Assembly (NCBI GenBank): GCA_013239625.1 | Contig: MU055549.1 | Location: forward strand, 682,001 to 746,000 | DNA from: Lama guanicoe | Lineage: Eukaryota | Direction: 5' to 3' | DNA: 64,000 bases | In this document: one piece after another, positions 31,228 to 44,049 of the stretch | How positions within the stretch are numbered: the first letter of the stretch is position 1 | Layout: each line of letters begins with the position of its first letter | The notes under the pieces: generated by a model | What the model was told of the DNA's origin: nothing | Seen by the model: the letters and a program-made list of their open reading frames with translations, nothing else | Databases searched by the model: none | Made by a program: the position numbers and the translations under genes

Positions 31228-34200
31228 GGCAGGATTTGGTGCCATGGATACTTCGAGAATTTTCCTCCAGGTAAGTGTCCATATATTTAATGATGAAATG
31301 ATAATCTAATGAAACGACATGCACACTTTTCAAAATACTGTCTTATTAGAAATGCTGTCATAGCCAGTAGCCCACTCTGCATGTTTTCACAGCATCTCAC
31401 GTTTCGTACGAGGTCCTGCACAGGGTTGCTCCCAGAACACCAGCATCTGTCTGCTTCGGTGCGATGAGTGGTGTTTTCTTTGTGAATAATGTGTGGTCAA
31501 CTCTCGTGACTCTGCCGTGTCTGTTTTCAGGACAGAGAATTCGATATATTTATTAGACCCAACATTGATCACACATCCTGGTGCTGCATCTGACTGGGGA
31601 TGTCATGGACGGGGAGGGGTAAGTTAAAGTTCATGACCACGACTGGGTTTTATTTTTCGTCTTTGTGTGTTTCTGTCATTCTTAACTCAAGTATTTTGGT
31701 GCCAGGTCCGTCTTCACAACAGCTTGTAGCTTCCGCCGTCAGCAGGTGCGGGTTCGTGTTGAGCTGGACCTTGGAGGCTTCACCGTCTGGCCCACGGCTG
31801 CTTCTCACACGTGTCTGTGTGACACCCACACACCACGTCTGTTTGGAAGGGGCACCACCTTCCTCACCTGGACCTGCCAGGACTCCCAGGCCAGCTCCTG
31901 GGTCCCCCCGTGAGCCCAGGATAAAGGAAGATGAAAAAGCAGACCCAAGACAGGTGATCAGAGCCGGCGGAGCCCTGGGTAAGAACACAAGCTAACAGAT
32001 CAAAAACACCTGCTGTAACCGCACTGTCAAGAGGATTAATACAGAAAACTGCACGTCAGTTCAGGGACTCGTAGAAATTTAAAATTTATCTTAACAAGGA
32101 GTCAGAGGTTCTGCATTTGGTCCTCTCAGTACAATGTTAAAGCTGAAAACTCGGGAACATCCAAAGTGCTGGGCGCAGAGACCACGGCCTGAGCGGCTCT
32201 GGGCCCTGCAGGTGGTTCCACGAAGATGCCGGGACACGGGCCAGGTGAGGGGTGCACAGACAGGAGCGTGTGTGCGGCGTGTGTGTGAGTGTGTGTGGGT
32301 GTGTGGGTTCTCTCTGTGAGGGTCTTACACAGAGTGAGCTCTGCACATGCAAGGTCTTCCGTGTGCTCTGTCCTTGGGGTCACTGTCCCCACAGCCTGGG
32401 GCAGCGTCCGCACACGGCAGGGGCAGTAAGCAGTTGCATGAATGAGGGAACGAGGGAGTGGACAGCAGTGGGCAGGTGCCAGCCACACCACACCGGGGGC
32501 TGAGATGCAGAAGACATTTACTTCACTTTGTTCATTGTTTCACAATGGTTATCTGTCATCTTCGTCACCAAAACACAGTGTTTGGAAACGATAACTCTTT
32601 TCCACCCAGATCTCTGACAACTGCCATCTTCCCAAAGACGTCAGGAGCACTGTCCTGGCCTGGGGCCAGCAGGGAGCCCCAACGGCAGAACCACATCCCA
32701 GGCTCCGCGGTCGGTCAGCCTTCACCGTGGCTGGAGCCCACGGGGCGCCCAGTCGAGTCCTGCGTGTCCAGGACGCCCTGCCTGGCTGTGCAGGCCTCTC
32801 TCCCGGGTTTGCAAGTCTTCCTCTGAAAGCAGGAGAGAAATTCCCAAACAAACTCCTTCCCGGAGGCCAGATCTACATCACCTCTTCAGGGAGCCTCCAG
32901 GAGTCCGGCCGCTTTGTCCCTGGACCCAGAGGAAGAGCCCCGGGGGCTTTGCCCGCTGGGGTCCCCTCTGCTGGAGGACAGGGACTTGCCTCTGGTCTAA
33001 GTCCCTCAAGCCCCCGTGCACAGCCTGGGGCCAGACGTGGGGACGCGCACGCTGTGTGCTCCGTAAGCCAGCTCAAGCCAAGTGAAGCCCTGAGGAGCCC
33101 TCCAGCATCTCCGGAATGCCTGTCCCAGCGGGAGACCTCCAATCGTACACCGCCCTCCTCCCTTGGGGTTTGGAAAGAGCCCTCTGTCCCCCATCTGCCA
33201 CGTGCCAGCCAGCTTTTGCTCAGGAACGCGGAGTGGGAAATACCCCACCACCAGGTCCGGGCGCCTCCCCTGGGACAGGTCTGGGACACACCGTTCCCCT
33301 AAAGGCTCCTCCAGCTGTCCCTCCTGCTCACCCTTCCTTGGCCACAGCCTGTGATCTGGGGGGAAGGCACCATCCCCCGCCCCCAGAAGCAAAGCAAGTC
33401 CTGCGGGTCAGGCGGGAGGAACCCTGACTGGTAGGGTGCCCGGATGCCTCGGGTGAGTTAGATTAGGTGATGCCACGGGCCTCCTGGGGGAGCCCCACCC
33501 CACCCCTGGGCCAGAGCGGGTCGTGGGCCTCTGAGCCTCTGGGAGTCACGTGCCAGACCAGACCCCCGGCCCAGCTGACTCCCCTCCCAGCCCTGCCGGA
33601 CCCACTGCCCAGGCAGGCGACTGGCCAGGCAGCGGGCAGCCCGGGCCAGGGGCCGGAAGCCCCTCAGGCTGTGCACGGAGGGCGTGTGTCCTTCGCCTCA
33701 CACAGCAGACATGCTCCTCAGCGTCAGAGGGGCTACGCACAGCCTGGCTTTCCCCACTCATAGGACCGTCTTCCGCAAACACTCTCCGCTCCGTGGGGCA
33801 CCGGCTGTCAAGGCTCTGCTAGGCAGCGGCCCCCTGCATGCCTGGCCTCCCAGGAGCAGGGTGGGGACACGTCACTCTTCCCTGAAACCGCCTCCTGGCT
33901 GGGTCCAGCCCTCTGCCCCAAGCCCAGTGACCCTCTACATACACAAACTGGCCCCCATCATAGACGGCTCCTCCCCGGAGACCGACGGCACTGTGTGCCC
34001 CACCTGCTCCTCAGGGCGGCCGCGGCTCCACTGTCCCCGCCTTTGGCTCTTCTGGGAAGCAGCCCTCCCCCACCAGCCGCGAGGCACCCTGAGCAGGAGC
34101 GCGGGTCACTGTGCGGATAACGCCACGTGTCAGGCCCAGTGATTCATTCTGTGCTGTCTCCCTCCCTCCACAAGAGGCGTTTAATGAAGACCTGGGGATG

Positions 34201-37200
34201 CTCCGTGGACAAAGAGGCTCTGCATGTAGAGTGGGCAGGGCCAGGGCCTGGGTGGGCAGCCCCTCCGGCTCAGCCATGGACGGGAGAGGCTGCCAGGCAC
34301 CCAGGGCCCGGGCTCCTGACCAGACACTCGGGAAGGGGCATCCTCTGGGGGGCCCACGGAGGCCACTTGTCCCCGGGGAGGCCCTGGCCATGGCCCAGCA
34401 GGGCACACCCGCCAGGAAGCCCCCAGTCCCCCGAGGCTGGGACTCAGCCCAGAGTGTAGCCAAGGGCCCTACCGGAGGCCTCCCCTGGCCAGGGCCGTCC
34501 AAGCCTATCCTGGGAGCACAGCACAGGCGGCCAGAGCAGACGCCCCAACACAAATCTTTTCCTTGGCGCTCAATTAGCGCGTTTGGCACGCGGTCAGACC
34601 CCTCCCCCGCCCTCGGAAGCGAGCTCATCGCTCTGACTGCGCAGCTGGTGCCGCGGAGCCCCCGGGAATCAGCTCGGAAGGTGATTTACAGCCGCCTCTC
34701 TTTGTCCTTTCCTGAAGGAGACAAGACTCTGGGATCCAGAAGAGCGCTTCTGTGGCACTGTGTGCCCACTGCCCACAGTCAGGCCAGTGGGCCGCCTCTT
34801 CCAGGGAGCCCCCCTTGCCCAGCTCCCGTTTCACAGGGCCCTCGTCATCCAGAGGGAGTGGTAGCCTCACTCCGTGAGCGTGGAGAGGGTGCCAGAGCCC
34901 ATCTTGGCTGTGGCTGCAGGGGACAGGTGGCCATATGTCTCCAACCAAGAGCCAGGGGCTTCCTGGAAGCAGGAAGGCAGAGTGAAGTGGCAGCCCAAGA
35001 AAAGGCTCCCCAAAGCTGGAGCGAGCGGGCCTGGAGGTGGGCGCTGGGCCAGACATGTGGACATTTCCCTCTCCAGCCCCAAAGCCTCTCGGTGGGTAAG
35101 CTGTTCATCCAGACATTCATTCCTGCAAGCTCTTCACAGCCTGGGCCGCTGGTGGGTTGGAATGTGTCCTGGACCAGGGACCCTACAGGACCCCGGGAAA
35201 GAAGGAGGCGATGCAGCCTTGGTGCCTGTGGGTGTAGAACGCAAGGTCAGGGGTAGCCGACCTGGGCGGGGGCTGGGGCCTCAGGGAGGGGCCCTGGAAG
35301 GAGAGGAAGAAGGAGGGGCTGGAGAGGGAGAAAAACCCGACGCTCAGGACACCTGGAGGGCATGGAGTGTGGCCGATGCCACCCCAACTGCAGAGGCCAA
35401 GTGGCTGAGACCCAGGCTGCCCGTCCGACAGGGCTGCCCGCTAAGCCCAGACGCACTGGCCAAGGAGGGCGGCGGTGTCACTGCCTCACGGAGCTTGCCT
35501 GAGGAGTGAATGAAAAACAACTGGGCAAACATCCCTTCCAGCAGCCACGAGAGGCCTGTGGCCCCGCGTCCCCGAGGAGAGAACCGTGAGGCCGCCCAGC
35601 ACTGTGTGGCCCCGCGCGGCCTCGAGGCCTGGGGGAGCAGCGTGTGCACAGACGCCCCGCCGCAGGGCTTCCTTGAAGCACTCCCCCTGTGTCAGGCGCT
35701 TCCTTCAGAGGAGAGGCGAGGCCAGCAGGGCGAAACGGCAAGAGAGACAGGTCGGCACAAGGACACGTGGTGTGCTTCTGTATGCTTCTCTCTGGCTGTG
35801 ACGTTTATCAAAATAAATAACTTTTAAAGAAATAAAGGAGCTGGGAGTGCAGGGAGGGCCTGCAGGGTGGGAGACCCGCCTGTCCCAGGCTTGGGGAGGG
35901 GCTCCAAGTCCAGAGAAGCCAGAGCATCACAGAGGAGGGGCCAGGCCAGGAGTCCGGTCCAGCCTGCCTCCTGCCAGGAAGGGCTGGGCAGCTGTGGCCT
36001 TCTCCTGGGGCCCCAGGCCTCTGCCTCTTCCTTTACATACCTTCTGGGCCTCCTTCCACCTGCCAATGGTCTCAGCCTCCCAGGGTCTTTCCAGCATCTT
36101 CCCAGGGAAGTGGCTTGGCTCAGAAAGTCCCTTCCGGGGCCCCACACGTCCGTGGTACCCTTTGGCTCAGGGTGCCTGGAGGCCCCTTAGCAGTGCCTGC
36201 TCCCCAGGGGGGCACAGAGCCCCCCTCCCCAACCCTTGTGTGCAGCCCGGGACTGGGACGCATGCTCATTCCTTCCCTTAACAGCATTTATTCAGTCCCC
36301 GAGGCGCCCCAAGCCTGGTGGTCCCTGCACCCAGATGCTGACACCCTGGGAGGTGCCACTTTGCAGAAGGCACGTCAGCCCAGCAGGGGCTGAGGGTGAG
36401 GGTCCAGCCCAGACCCAGATGGACTGGGAAGGTGAGGGCAGAGAGGTCCAGGAGGGCGGTGGAAGGCAGGGTAGCAGCAAACGGACCAGTGGAGGGGGTC
36501 AGATGGATGAGTCCAGCAGGGATAGGAGGCTACTGGTGGCCTTGGTTTGATGCACTGGTCATTACATGGGGATTAGACCCAGGTGGAGCATGGTGGGCAG
36601 GACTGGGCCATAGTGCAGGTGGGAGAGGGGCCAGGGTGACCAGCTGGGCCTCCTTTATGTGCCCATCCGTGCCCCCTGCTACCATTCAGGCCCAGGCCCA
36701 CCTTCAACCCTCACTGCTCACTGCCTTTCAGACAGTCCCTGTCACTCTGGCAGCGCTGGGGGGTCAGCCGAGCAGAGATGCGAGTCTGCCAGCCCCCTTT
36801 CCGGGGGTCGGCCTGTGGAGGGCGCACAGCCAGGAGGGCGGGGGTTTGGAGGCCCCACTTGGCCCGTTTGCTAGGGAGGGGGTGGGGTTTGCGCCAGAGC
36901 GAAGGAACTTTTCATCTCCAGGCCCTGGGAGTTCCTGCAGGAGTAGATGCACGCCGCCGCGAGTCCGGAGGCCCCTCCAGCTCCAGGGCCCTGATGACCT
37001 CACCTCTGCGCCTTCATCCCCCAGCAGTGGGTGGCACCCATTGGTTCTCCTGACCCACCAGCCCCCAGATGAGCAGCATCCCGAATCCACCCTGGTGTGG
37101 TTGCATTCTGTGCTCTCAGAGCAGAGAACTGCTCACACGTGGGAGGACAAAACCAGGGCCCTTTGCAGGGGGCCGCCCCAGAGGCCCCAGCCCCTAGTGG

Positions 37201-37607
37201 GCATGGTGGGGGCAGATGGCAGGTCGACAACTTGCCAGCCCCCCGCAGCGACAAACCTCTATTTCTTTGACAAGGTATTTGCCAACTCCGTGGCTACCTG
37301 CGCGGTCGGCGATGGGATCCAAGCTCCTACTAGGTGCAAGCCCCCATCCCCCGCCCATCCCGCTTGTCCCCTCCCACACCGCGCTGGGCTCTGACCCGCC
37401 CAGGGCTTGGACACCGACTAGGCCTGGCTGGTACTCCCCGGGGACCCCTCCCAGGCCCACCCATCCAACAAAGGGATCAATAGTGTTGTTCCCAACCTGC
37501 AGGCACTTGCCGAACAGGTTTTTTTGTTTATTGTCCACTCCTTCCCGCAAGGCAGGGCGGGGCGCACGGAGGTGGAGCTCGCTGAGTTCACGTGACTCTC
37601 CCAGAGC

Positions 37608-37657
37608 ACGCCTGGCACCTAGTAGGTGCCCAGTAAATAAACGTTGAGTAAATAAAG
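37608..37657 (+). mobile_element. L2/MIR 3'-end remnant
   Basis: gcctggcacctagtaggtgcccagtaaataaacgttgagtaaataaa resembles the L2 terminus gcctggcacatagtaggtgctcaataaatatttgttgaatgaatgaa. Confidence 0.6.
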
Positions 37658-40229
37658 ATCTCTGCCACACAGCGCTGTGTGTTCCCACGACGTCCAAGTT
37701 CACGCGCCGAAAAGCGCCGGTTGTCTTCCTCCGCAGGACTTTTCCTTCAAGACCAGAAGGTGGCGTACGCGGACCTCTCCAGTACGGCGGAAACCGGATC
37801 AGGCAGTGGGAGCCCAGAGGCGCTCCTTCCAGGCAGGCGGCCACCAGATTTTCCTTACGGGGGGGGGTGTTTCCTTTGGTCCCACGGAGGTGGCAATGCC
37901 CAGGAGCACAGCAGGAGTGCTTGGGGGCGCAGTCTGGAATGCCAAAAGATGGCGGGCAAGGAAGACGTGGTAGTTAACAAGACTTTATACCCGGGACCGG
38001 GGCACTAGGGAGAGGCAGCCCCGTGCCGCAGCGTCCTGCAGGGTGGGAGAGAGACGGGGCTTGGGTGCCCCCGCACGCCGAGCAGGACAGGATGCGCGCG
38101 GAGCGTACCGAGACACCAACAGCCAGAGAGCATTTAAAAGAGGCCGCCTTCACCCAGCAGTCCCGGCGCCCCCAATCCGCCACAGGCCCTCCAAACCTCA
38201 CTCCAGCCCCCTATCTCGCACCCGCGGCCACTGGCTCCCAGGAGAGCCGCGCCCGCTGCGGTCAGTGGAGACGGCAGACCCACTCGCGACACCAAGCATT
38301 CCGGCCTTAGTCCAGGCAGGACCCGGCGGCGTAGACAGAGCCGGCACGCAGGGCAGCGACTCGAGGTCTCTTTTCTCATCGGTGTAAAAGGGCTGCGGAG
38401 GCCCCCGCCCGGGTGCGCGAGGAGCCAAAGAGCAGCGCCCAGAGCTGCAGTGTTCCTCCTGCCTCCGAGCCAGGGTCGCGGGGACCCTTCGGAAGGATAG
38501 TGCGCCCTGTTGTCCCGTCCGGGCGCGCCACTCCTGTCCCACCCCCAGAAGACCGTCGGGTCAAGGATACCCAGAGTTGGCTCGGTAGCCCACAGAGTGG
38601 TCCCGAGCGGAGAGCCGGCCCCGCCCCTCTCACTAGGCCCCTCCCCTCCCTCGGCCCCGCCCCCAGGCCCACAGCTCCCGCTCCAACCGGAGCGCCAGCT
38701 TTCTCCACCCGCTGCAGCCCGGAGGAGGCCGGAGGAGCCCAGAGGGGCCCAAACCCTGCAGGGAAGGAGCCTCCCTGGGGCCGGGCTCTCGAGGCGCACG
38801 CACGCAGTGCCCAGGAAAGTGGGGCGCATGCGAGGCCCGGGGCCGGTCTTGGGGCTCGGCCGCAGTACGTACCGCGGGAACGCTGGAGGGGCGCTCTCGG
38901 TATCCCGGGCCTGGCCCCGCTGGGGCCGATCGCCTGCGGGGCAGTCACACCCGGATCTGCGAGTGCGGCCCCAGTCAAGGAAGCAGGAAGAGAGAAACTC
39001 TCTTGCGCGCGGGCTGCACCGCGCTCGGAGCCAGGGCACCACGCCCCACGCCGCGCCTCCCGGGACCACACGGCGCGCGCTCACACGGCCAGGGGAGGCC
39101 ACCGAACGGCCGCCCAGCCCCGGTGGTCAGTGGCTTTCCAAGCCGCGATCTGGCTTAGGGAGTCTGCGTACTAAGACTCCACAGCTAACTGCACAAAACG
39201 AAAACGGACCCCCGAGGGTCTCAGCGCGAGCGGGCGCTGGGTCCCAGCACAGAGCCAAGAAGGTGGCCTTCTACCTCGCCACTGAAACCCTGGCAGCCGA
39301 AGTGAAACGGGAAAGTCGTTGCTAACGGACAGCGCACCGCACCAGGCCTGACAGAGGCCGGCTTGGCACACGCCGCCCCCAAGCCACAAAACGGCGGCCA
39401 TGGGTTCCCGCACGTTCCCAAAAGGCAGCGAGTAATAATATTAGTCATCACTCAGTAATTAATACGTGACGAGGAAGCAAGGTCCGGAATTGTACTCAGC
39501 GCCTGCTCTCCGCCAGCGCGCGCAGCCCACTACCATCTTATTTGAACCCTCCACAGCAATTCTGCGGTGTGGGAGGCTCTTCGTACCCAGAGGAGGACAC
39601 TGTGGGCCCTGCATGCTTGTCAGAAGTCCGCGCTCCTGCCCGCTGCATCCAAGGCCCCGAATGTGGCCCCGTATGCCTTGGGATCGGGACTCGGAGCCTG
39701 CCACGGCGCCCGTTCTGCCAGCTGGGGCTGTGCTTCACGCGGGGAAGGCTGCGGGCTAAATCGGCGCCCAGGTCGAAGCTCTGGGCTCAGGTTGCCTCCC
39801 GGGAACAAGCCCCGACTTCGCGACCGGGAAACACCCAACCCAGAGGCCCGGAAGGTTTCAGCTCCGCGGGCCCGGGGGGAGGGGACTGGGAACTAACGGC
39901 TGTCCTGGCAGCGCCCGGGGGTCGGCGGCCTCGCCTGTGACCCTCGGACAGGCCTCGCCACCGAGCAAACTAGTTGATTGGTGAAAGCTTCTCGTGGGCC
40001 ATGTCTGGCATTCGGCCCGTGGACTCTGAGGTCCGGCTTCCTCCGTCTTCTGTATTCCGGAGGAGAATGTTTACGGAAATGTTTTTGGCCCTCCCCCCAA
40101 ACCTGAGCCCGGGGCAGAGGGAAGCAGCCGGGGGCGGGGGGCGCGGGCCGTGACCCCGAATGCCTGCGGGCTCCCCGTGCCCTCCCGCCTGTGGCTCTTC
40201 ACTGAACGGGGTCCACGGAGTGTGCTGAG

Positions 40230-40530
40230 TGGATCCTCAAATCTACATTCTTTCGGGCGATAAAATATGTTCTCGTATTTTTTCCTGATTTCCCATTAAA
40301 ACCTTTGCCTAACTAAACTCCCATCCAGCGGGATTTATTTCGTCCCCGGGGAGATAAATCAGGGGACAAATTTACAGCCCGGGAGGCACCTGCGGCGCTA
40401 ATGGGCCCTTCATGGAGTGCGCTGCCGGCGGGGGCGCGCGCAGACGGCGGGGCGCTGGCCAATGGCCGGGCCGCGGGCGCCGGCAGCCAATCAGCGCGCG
40501 CGCCGCGCCGGGGCCCCGCGGTTATCAGCG
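40230..40530 (+). promoter_or_regulatory. NKX6-2 proximal promoter
   Basis: Two CCAAT boxes 28 nt apart (40459-40463 and 40487-40491), GC boxes, TATA-like TTATCA near 40522, and an AT-rich upstream block with ATTA/GATA motifs. Confidence 0.7.
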
Positions 40531-40891
40531 CGTCCGGCCCGCGCGGCGCCGCTCCGACTCGGCCCGGAGCCGCCACCGCTACGGCCAGTAGTTCCCCGAC
40601 CGCCGCCCAGCCCGTGCCGGAGCCGCCACCCGCCCTCCGTGCCGTCGGCGCCCGCGGCCCGCGGCCCACGCCCCGCGCCCCCGCTGCAGCCGGCGCTCGC
40701 CCGGGCCGCGCGCAAACTTCCCAGGCCGGCGGGCGCGGGCGGCGGCGACGGNNNNNNNNNNNNNNNNNNNNNNNNNNNNNNNNNNNNNNNNNNNNNNNNN
40801 NNNNNNNNNNNNNNNNNNNNNNNNNNNNNNNNNNNNNNNNNNNNNNNNNNNNNNNNNNNNNNNNNNNNNNNNNNNNNNNNNNNNNNNNNNN

Positions 40892-41195
40892 CAGGGTCCG
40901 GCCGGTTTCAAGGCGCCCGCGCTGGGCGGCTTGGGCGCGCAGCTGCCGCTCGGCACCCCGCATGGCATCAGCGACATCTTGGGGCGGCCCGTGGGCGCGG
41001 CGAGCGGCAGCCTCCTAGGCGGCCTGCCCCGTCTCAACGGACTCGCTTCGTCGGCTGGCGTCTACTTTGGGCCCGCGGCCGCCGTGGCGCGCGGCTACCC
41101 GAAGCCGCTGGCCGAGCTGCCCGGGCGCCCGCCCATCTTCTGGCCGGGCGTGGTGCAGGGTTCGCCCTGGAGGGACCCGCGCCTGGCCGGCCCGG
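40892..41195 (+). CDS. NKX6-2: NK6 homeobox 2 exon 1, partial; start codon lies in gap 40752-40891
   Basis: [33 protein letters not shown]...[27 protein letters not shown], including the eh1/TN motif HGISDIL; donor G|gtaagt. Confidence 0.95.
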
Positions 41196-41279
41196 GTAAG
41201 TGGCCAGCGCGCAGGTTCGGCGTGGGGCCGTGGGAGGGGAGTCGGGAGGCGGGCCGCTCTCACCTGCCCTCATTTGCAG

Positions 41280-41452
41280 CCCACGCTGGCGGGGTCCTGG
41301 ACAAGGATGGCAAGAAGAAGCACTCGCGGCCGACCTTCTCGGGCCAGCAGATCTTCGCGCTGGAGAAGACTTTTGAGCAGACCAAGTACTTGGCAGGTCC
41401 GGAGCGTGCGCGCCTCGCCTACTCCCTGGGCATGACCGAGAGCCAAGTCAAG
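41280..41452 (+). CDS. NKX6-2: NKX6-2 exon 2, homeodomain N-terminal part
   Basis: tttgcag|CC...AAG|gtgagg; 173 nt; [51 protein letters not shown] is an NK6-class homeodomain. Confidence 0.97.
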
Positions 41453-41716
41453 GTGAGGCGGCTGCGGCCTGGGCGGTCCCCCGCGGATCCCGCTGCGACC
41501 AAATTGACCCGGTCCCCCGCGTCCTGCGAACGGTCTGTGAGCGGCCGACGGCCTTGGCTCCAGTCCCGGGGGCTCCCAGCCCTGCTGTTCGGGCTGGGGC
41601 CGAGGGGTTGGGGCGGAGGGGCGACCCTCGCCTCCACGAGGGCGGCCGGGGCTACAGTTAGGAGCCGCGGGGCCGCAGGTTGGGTGCTAGGGAGGCGCCG
41701 CCTGACGGTCACTCTC

Positions 41717-41992
41717 NNNNNNNNNNNNNNNNNNNNNNNNNNNNNNNNNNNNNNNNNNNNNNNNNNNNNNNNNNNNNNNNNNNNNNNNNNNNNNNNNNNN
41801 NNNNNNNNNNNNNNNNNNNNNNNNNNNNNNNNNNNNNNNNNNNNNNNNNNNNNNNNNNNNNNNNNNNNNNNNNNNNNNNNNNNNNNNNNNNNNNNNNNNN
41901 NNNNNNNNNNNNNNNNNNNNNNNNNNNNNNNNNNNNNNNNNNNNNNNNNNNNNNNNNNNNNNNNNNNNNNNNNNNNNNNNNNNNNNNNNNNN
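41717..41992 (+). other. NKX6-2: 276-nt assembly gap inferred to hide NKX6-2 coding exon 3 (helix 3 to stop)
   Basis: Preceded by branch-like ctgac and pyrimidines, followed by 3'-UTR-like sequence; no WFQNRR seen in the called bases. Confidence 0.8.
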
Positions 41993-42223
41993 AGGCCGCA
42001 CAACCAGGGTACGGGATGCGGGCCGGCGCCCCACGCCAGCCGCCTGCGCCGGACGGAGTGTGTATATATATTTTTACGGAATAAGTTATAAAGCGGCCCG
42101 GCTCCGGCTCGGCGTGCAGGGACCCTGGCCGCGCCCGCGTCCCTGTCCCCGACGCGTTCGGCGGGGGCGTCGGCCCAGGGCCGCCGCTGCTGCGCGTCCT
42201 GGGAGGAATCACTTTGTATAATC

Positions 42224-42229
42224 AATAAA
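42224..42229 (+). terminator. NKX6-2 polyadenylation signal AATAAA
   Basis: tgtataatcAATAAAttattt with an upstream UGUA element. Confidence 0.8.
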
Positions 42230-44049
42230 TTATTTAACACGTCCCCGTCGGAGCCGCGGCTCCCGAGGCTGCACCGCGTGTTTCTTCCTTATCGAAAACC
42301 GCGGGCGAGGCGCCCTGCGGGGCCCCTGCCGCGTTCGCTGTTCGGTCCCGGGTCCAGCCTTCCATCCCGCGGGGCCGCGCCTGAGACTCGAGGGCGCCTG
42401 AGTCTGGACGGGGTCCGGCTCGGCGGCAGGGCGCGAGCGGCTCCAGCCCCCGAGCCCCCGGCTGCCCAGGCGGCGGCAGCGCGCAGGACCGAGGAGGGCA
42501 TCTTGAGGCCGGGCGCGAGGAAGGGCGCCCCGGCCCCGCGAACCTCCGGCCGCCGCCCAAGGGAAGGGGCCGCCCGGGCGGGCCGCAAGAGCGTCGCCAA
42601 GAGCCAGGACTCCGAGAGGCTGAGTGGAACATATGGCGCCGGGGATGGAGCGGAGCGCGGGCGCTTGGCGCATCAGGTGTGAGCGGAAGCAGGTAGGACC
42701 CCTTTATCCCTCCCTGCCTCGACCTCCCGCCAACTCCTCCGACCCCAGCCCGGGACGGGGCGTCTGGGCAGCGCGGTTGAGCTCGGGCGCCCTCCCCAGG
42801 GGTCTCGGAGGCCCCTGTTTCGCTTGCTCAGATGGATGAGATGGGGCAGATTTAAACACATTTAGGGGTCCCCAATAGGGCAGGTGAGCGGCATTCCCAC
42901 CCCACCCAGCGTGGTACTTTTCCCCTTTTCCAGGGGCGGTGAGTGGCATCCCTGCCCGGCTGAAACCCCAGCCCGTTGATGCGTTTTGGTCTGACTGTGG
43001 ATTAAAACGTGCCTAGCCTTACGGAGAGGCGACACAATTGCAGGTAGCACTAAACTCACACTGGGTGAAATAAATCAGGTTTTAAGTTCATCAGCATCGT
43101 GGCCCTTCCGCTAGCATACAAGAGGTTTTTTTAATCGGTGAAAGCACTATTTAATTAATTCAAGCTGAAACCACAAAGGGAAAGCTGAGACAATTCTGCT
43201 GCCCAGAGACATCAGGCAGGTCCCTCAGCCAGCCCTGGAATTTTCTCTATGCTTTCCATCCTCAGACTCGAAGGGCTGGTTTTCTCGAAAAAGCGCTTCT
43301 GGCCAGTGTTTGGACCTCGTCCTTCTCCTGGGCTGCTCCAGCCGCGACCGTTAGGGTACCTCCCTGGATCCCCTGGCCAGACCCAGCCCCCCGCCCCCAG
43401 CCCCCCAGAGGAAGGTGGGGAAGCCCTCCTCTCTCTGGCCTGTCTCCTCACCATGGAATCCAAGGGCTGGGATTCTGGTTAAGAACAGCCATGGATCTGC
43501 TCCCGTTCACAGAAGACCATCCTGTCCCTTCTGTTCTCTGGAGCTGGACGTGGTTGCAGCTTCATGGGCGTAACAGTCATGTTGATTTTAAAAACTAAAA
43601 GTAAATGGTATCGCGCCCTAAGAGTTCTCTTGAAGGGCATTACTAAAAATGTTCAAGAGAAACGTAAAAAGCTGAAGTTTTCTGTTTTTTTGCCGCATGG
43701 TTGCACCAGTTTAACACCAGGCGCGTCCACTGACTGTTTTTCTTTTTAAGGAAAGCATTGATTTTTTTTAATTTCTGTGCATGAATTATTCCCTCAGCCC
43801 ACGTTAAGAGCAAAGGAATTTCCAATTTTAAAGTTTTGAGGAAAGCAGTGCATTTATGCAATCTCACTGCGAACGCTGAGGGGGGACTCCCAGCAGGCAC
43901 CTCTGCAGTGAAAAGCCCTGAAGACGCTCTCTCTGCTCTCACCCCTCGGCTTTGTCTGGGAGCAGCGTCCAACAGGGCAGAGCCCAGCGCTGCTGGTGCG
44001 AGGGATTTAAAGGGGGTCGGGCACGCGGAAGGAGGAGACAGCAAGACAG

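Larger units (their letters stand above)
38000..42800. promoter_or_regulatory. CpG island covering NKX6-2 and its upstream region
   Basis: Very dense CpG/CGCG, highest at 40400-42700; edges estimated by eye. Confidence 0.8.

Noticed and set aside
26352-39325. Long ORFs such as 26352-27401, 34111-35256, 36396-37394 and 38134-39102
   Set aside because: They are rich in Pro/Gly/Arg/Ala, have no recognisable domain, mostly use non-ATG starts and overlap on both strands. This is expected from stop-codon scarcity in GC-rich DNA.
39320-39340. REST/RE1-like half-site GGACAGCGC upstream of NKX6-2
   Set aside because: The left half (TTCAGCACC) is missing, so the evidence is insufficient.
40313-42240. 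ORFs spanning N-gaps, including the 386-aa ORF 40931-42091 and antisense ORFs over NKX6-2
   Set aside because: Their length is inflated by Ns and intron read-through. Only the exon portions are supported.
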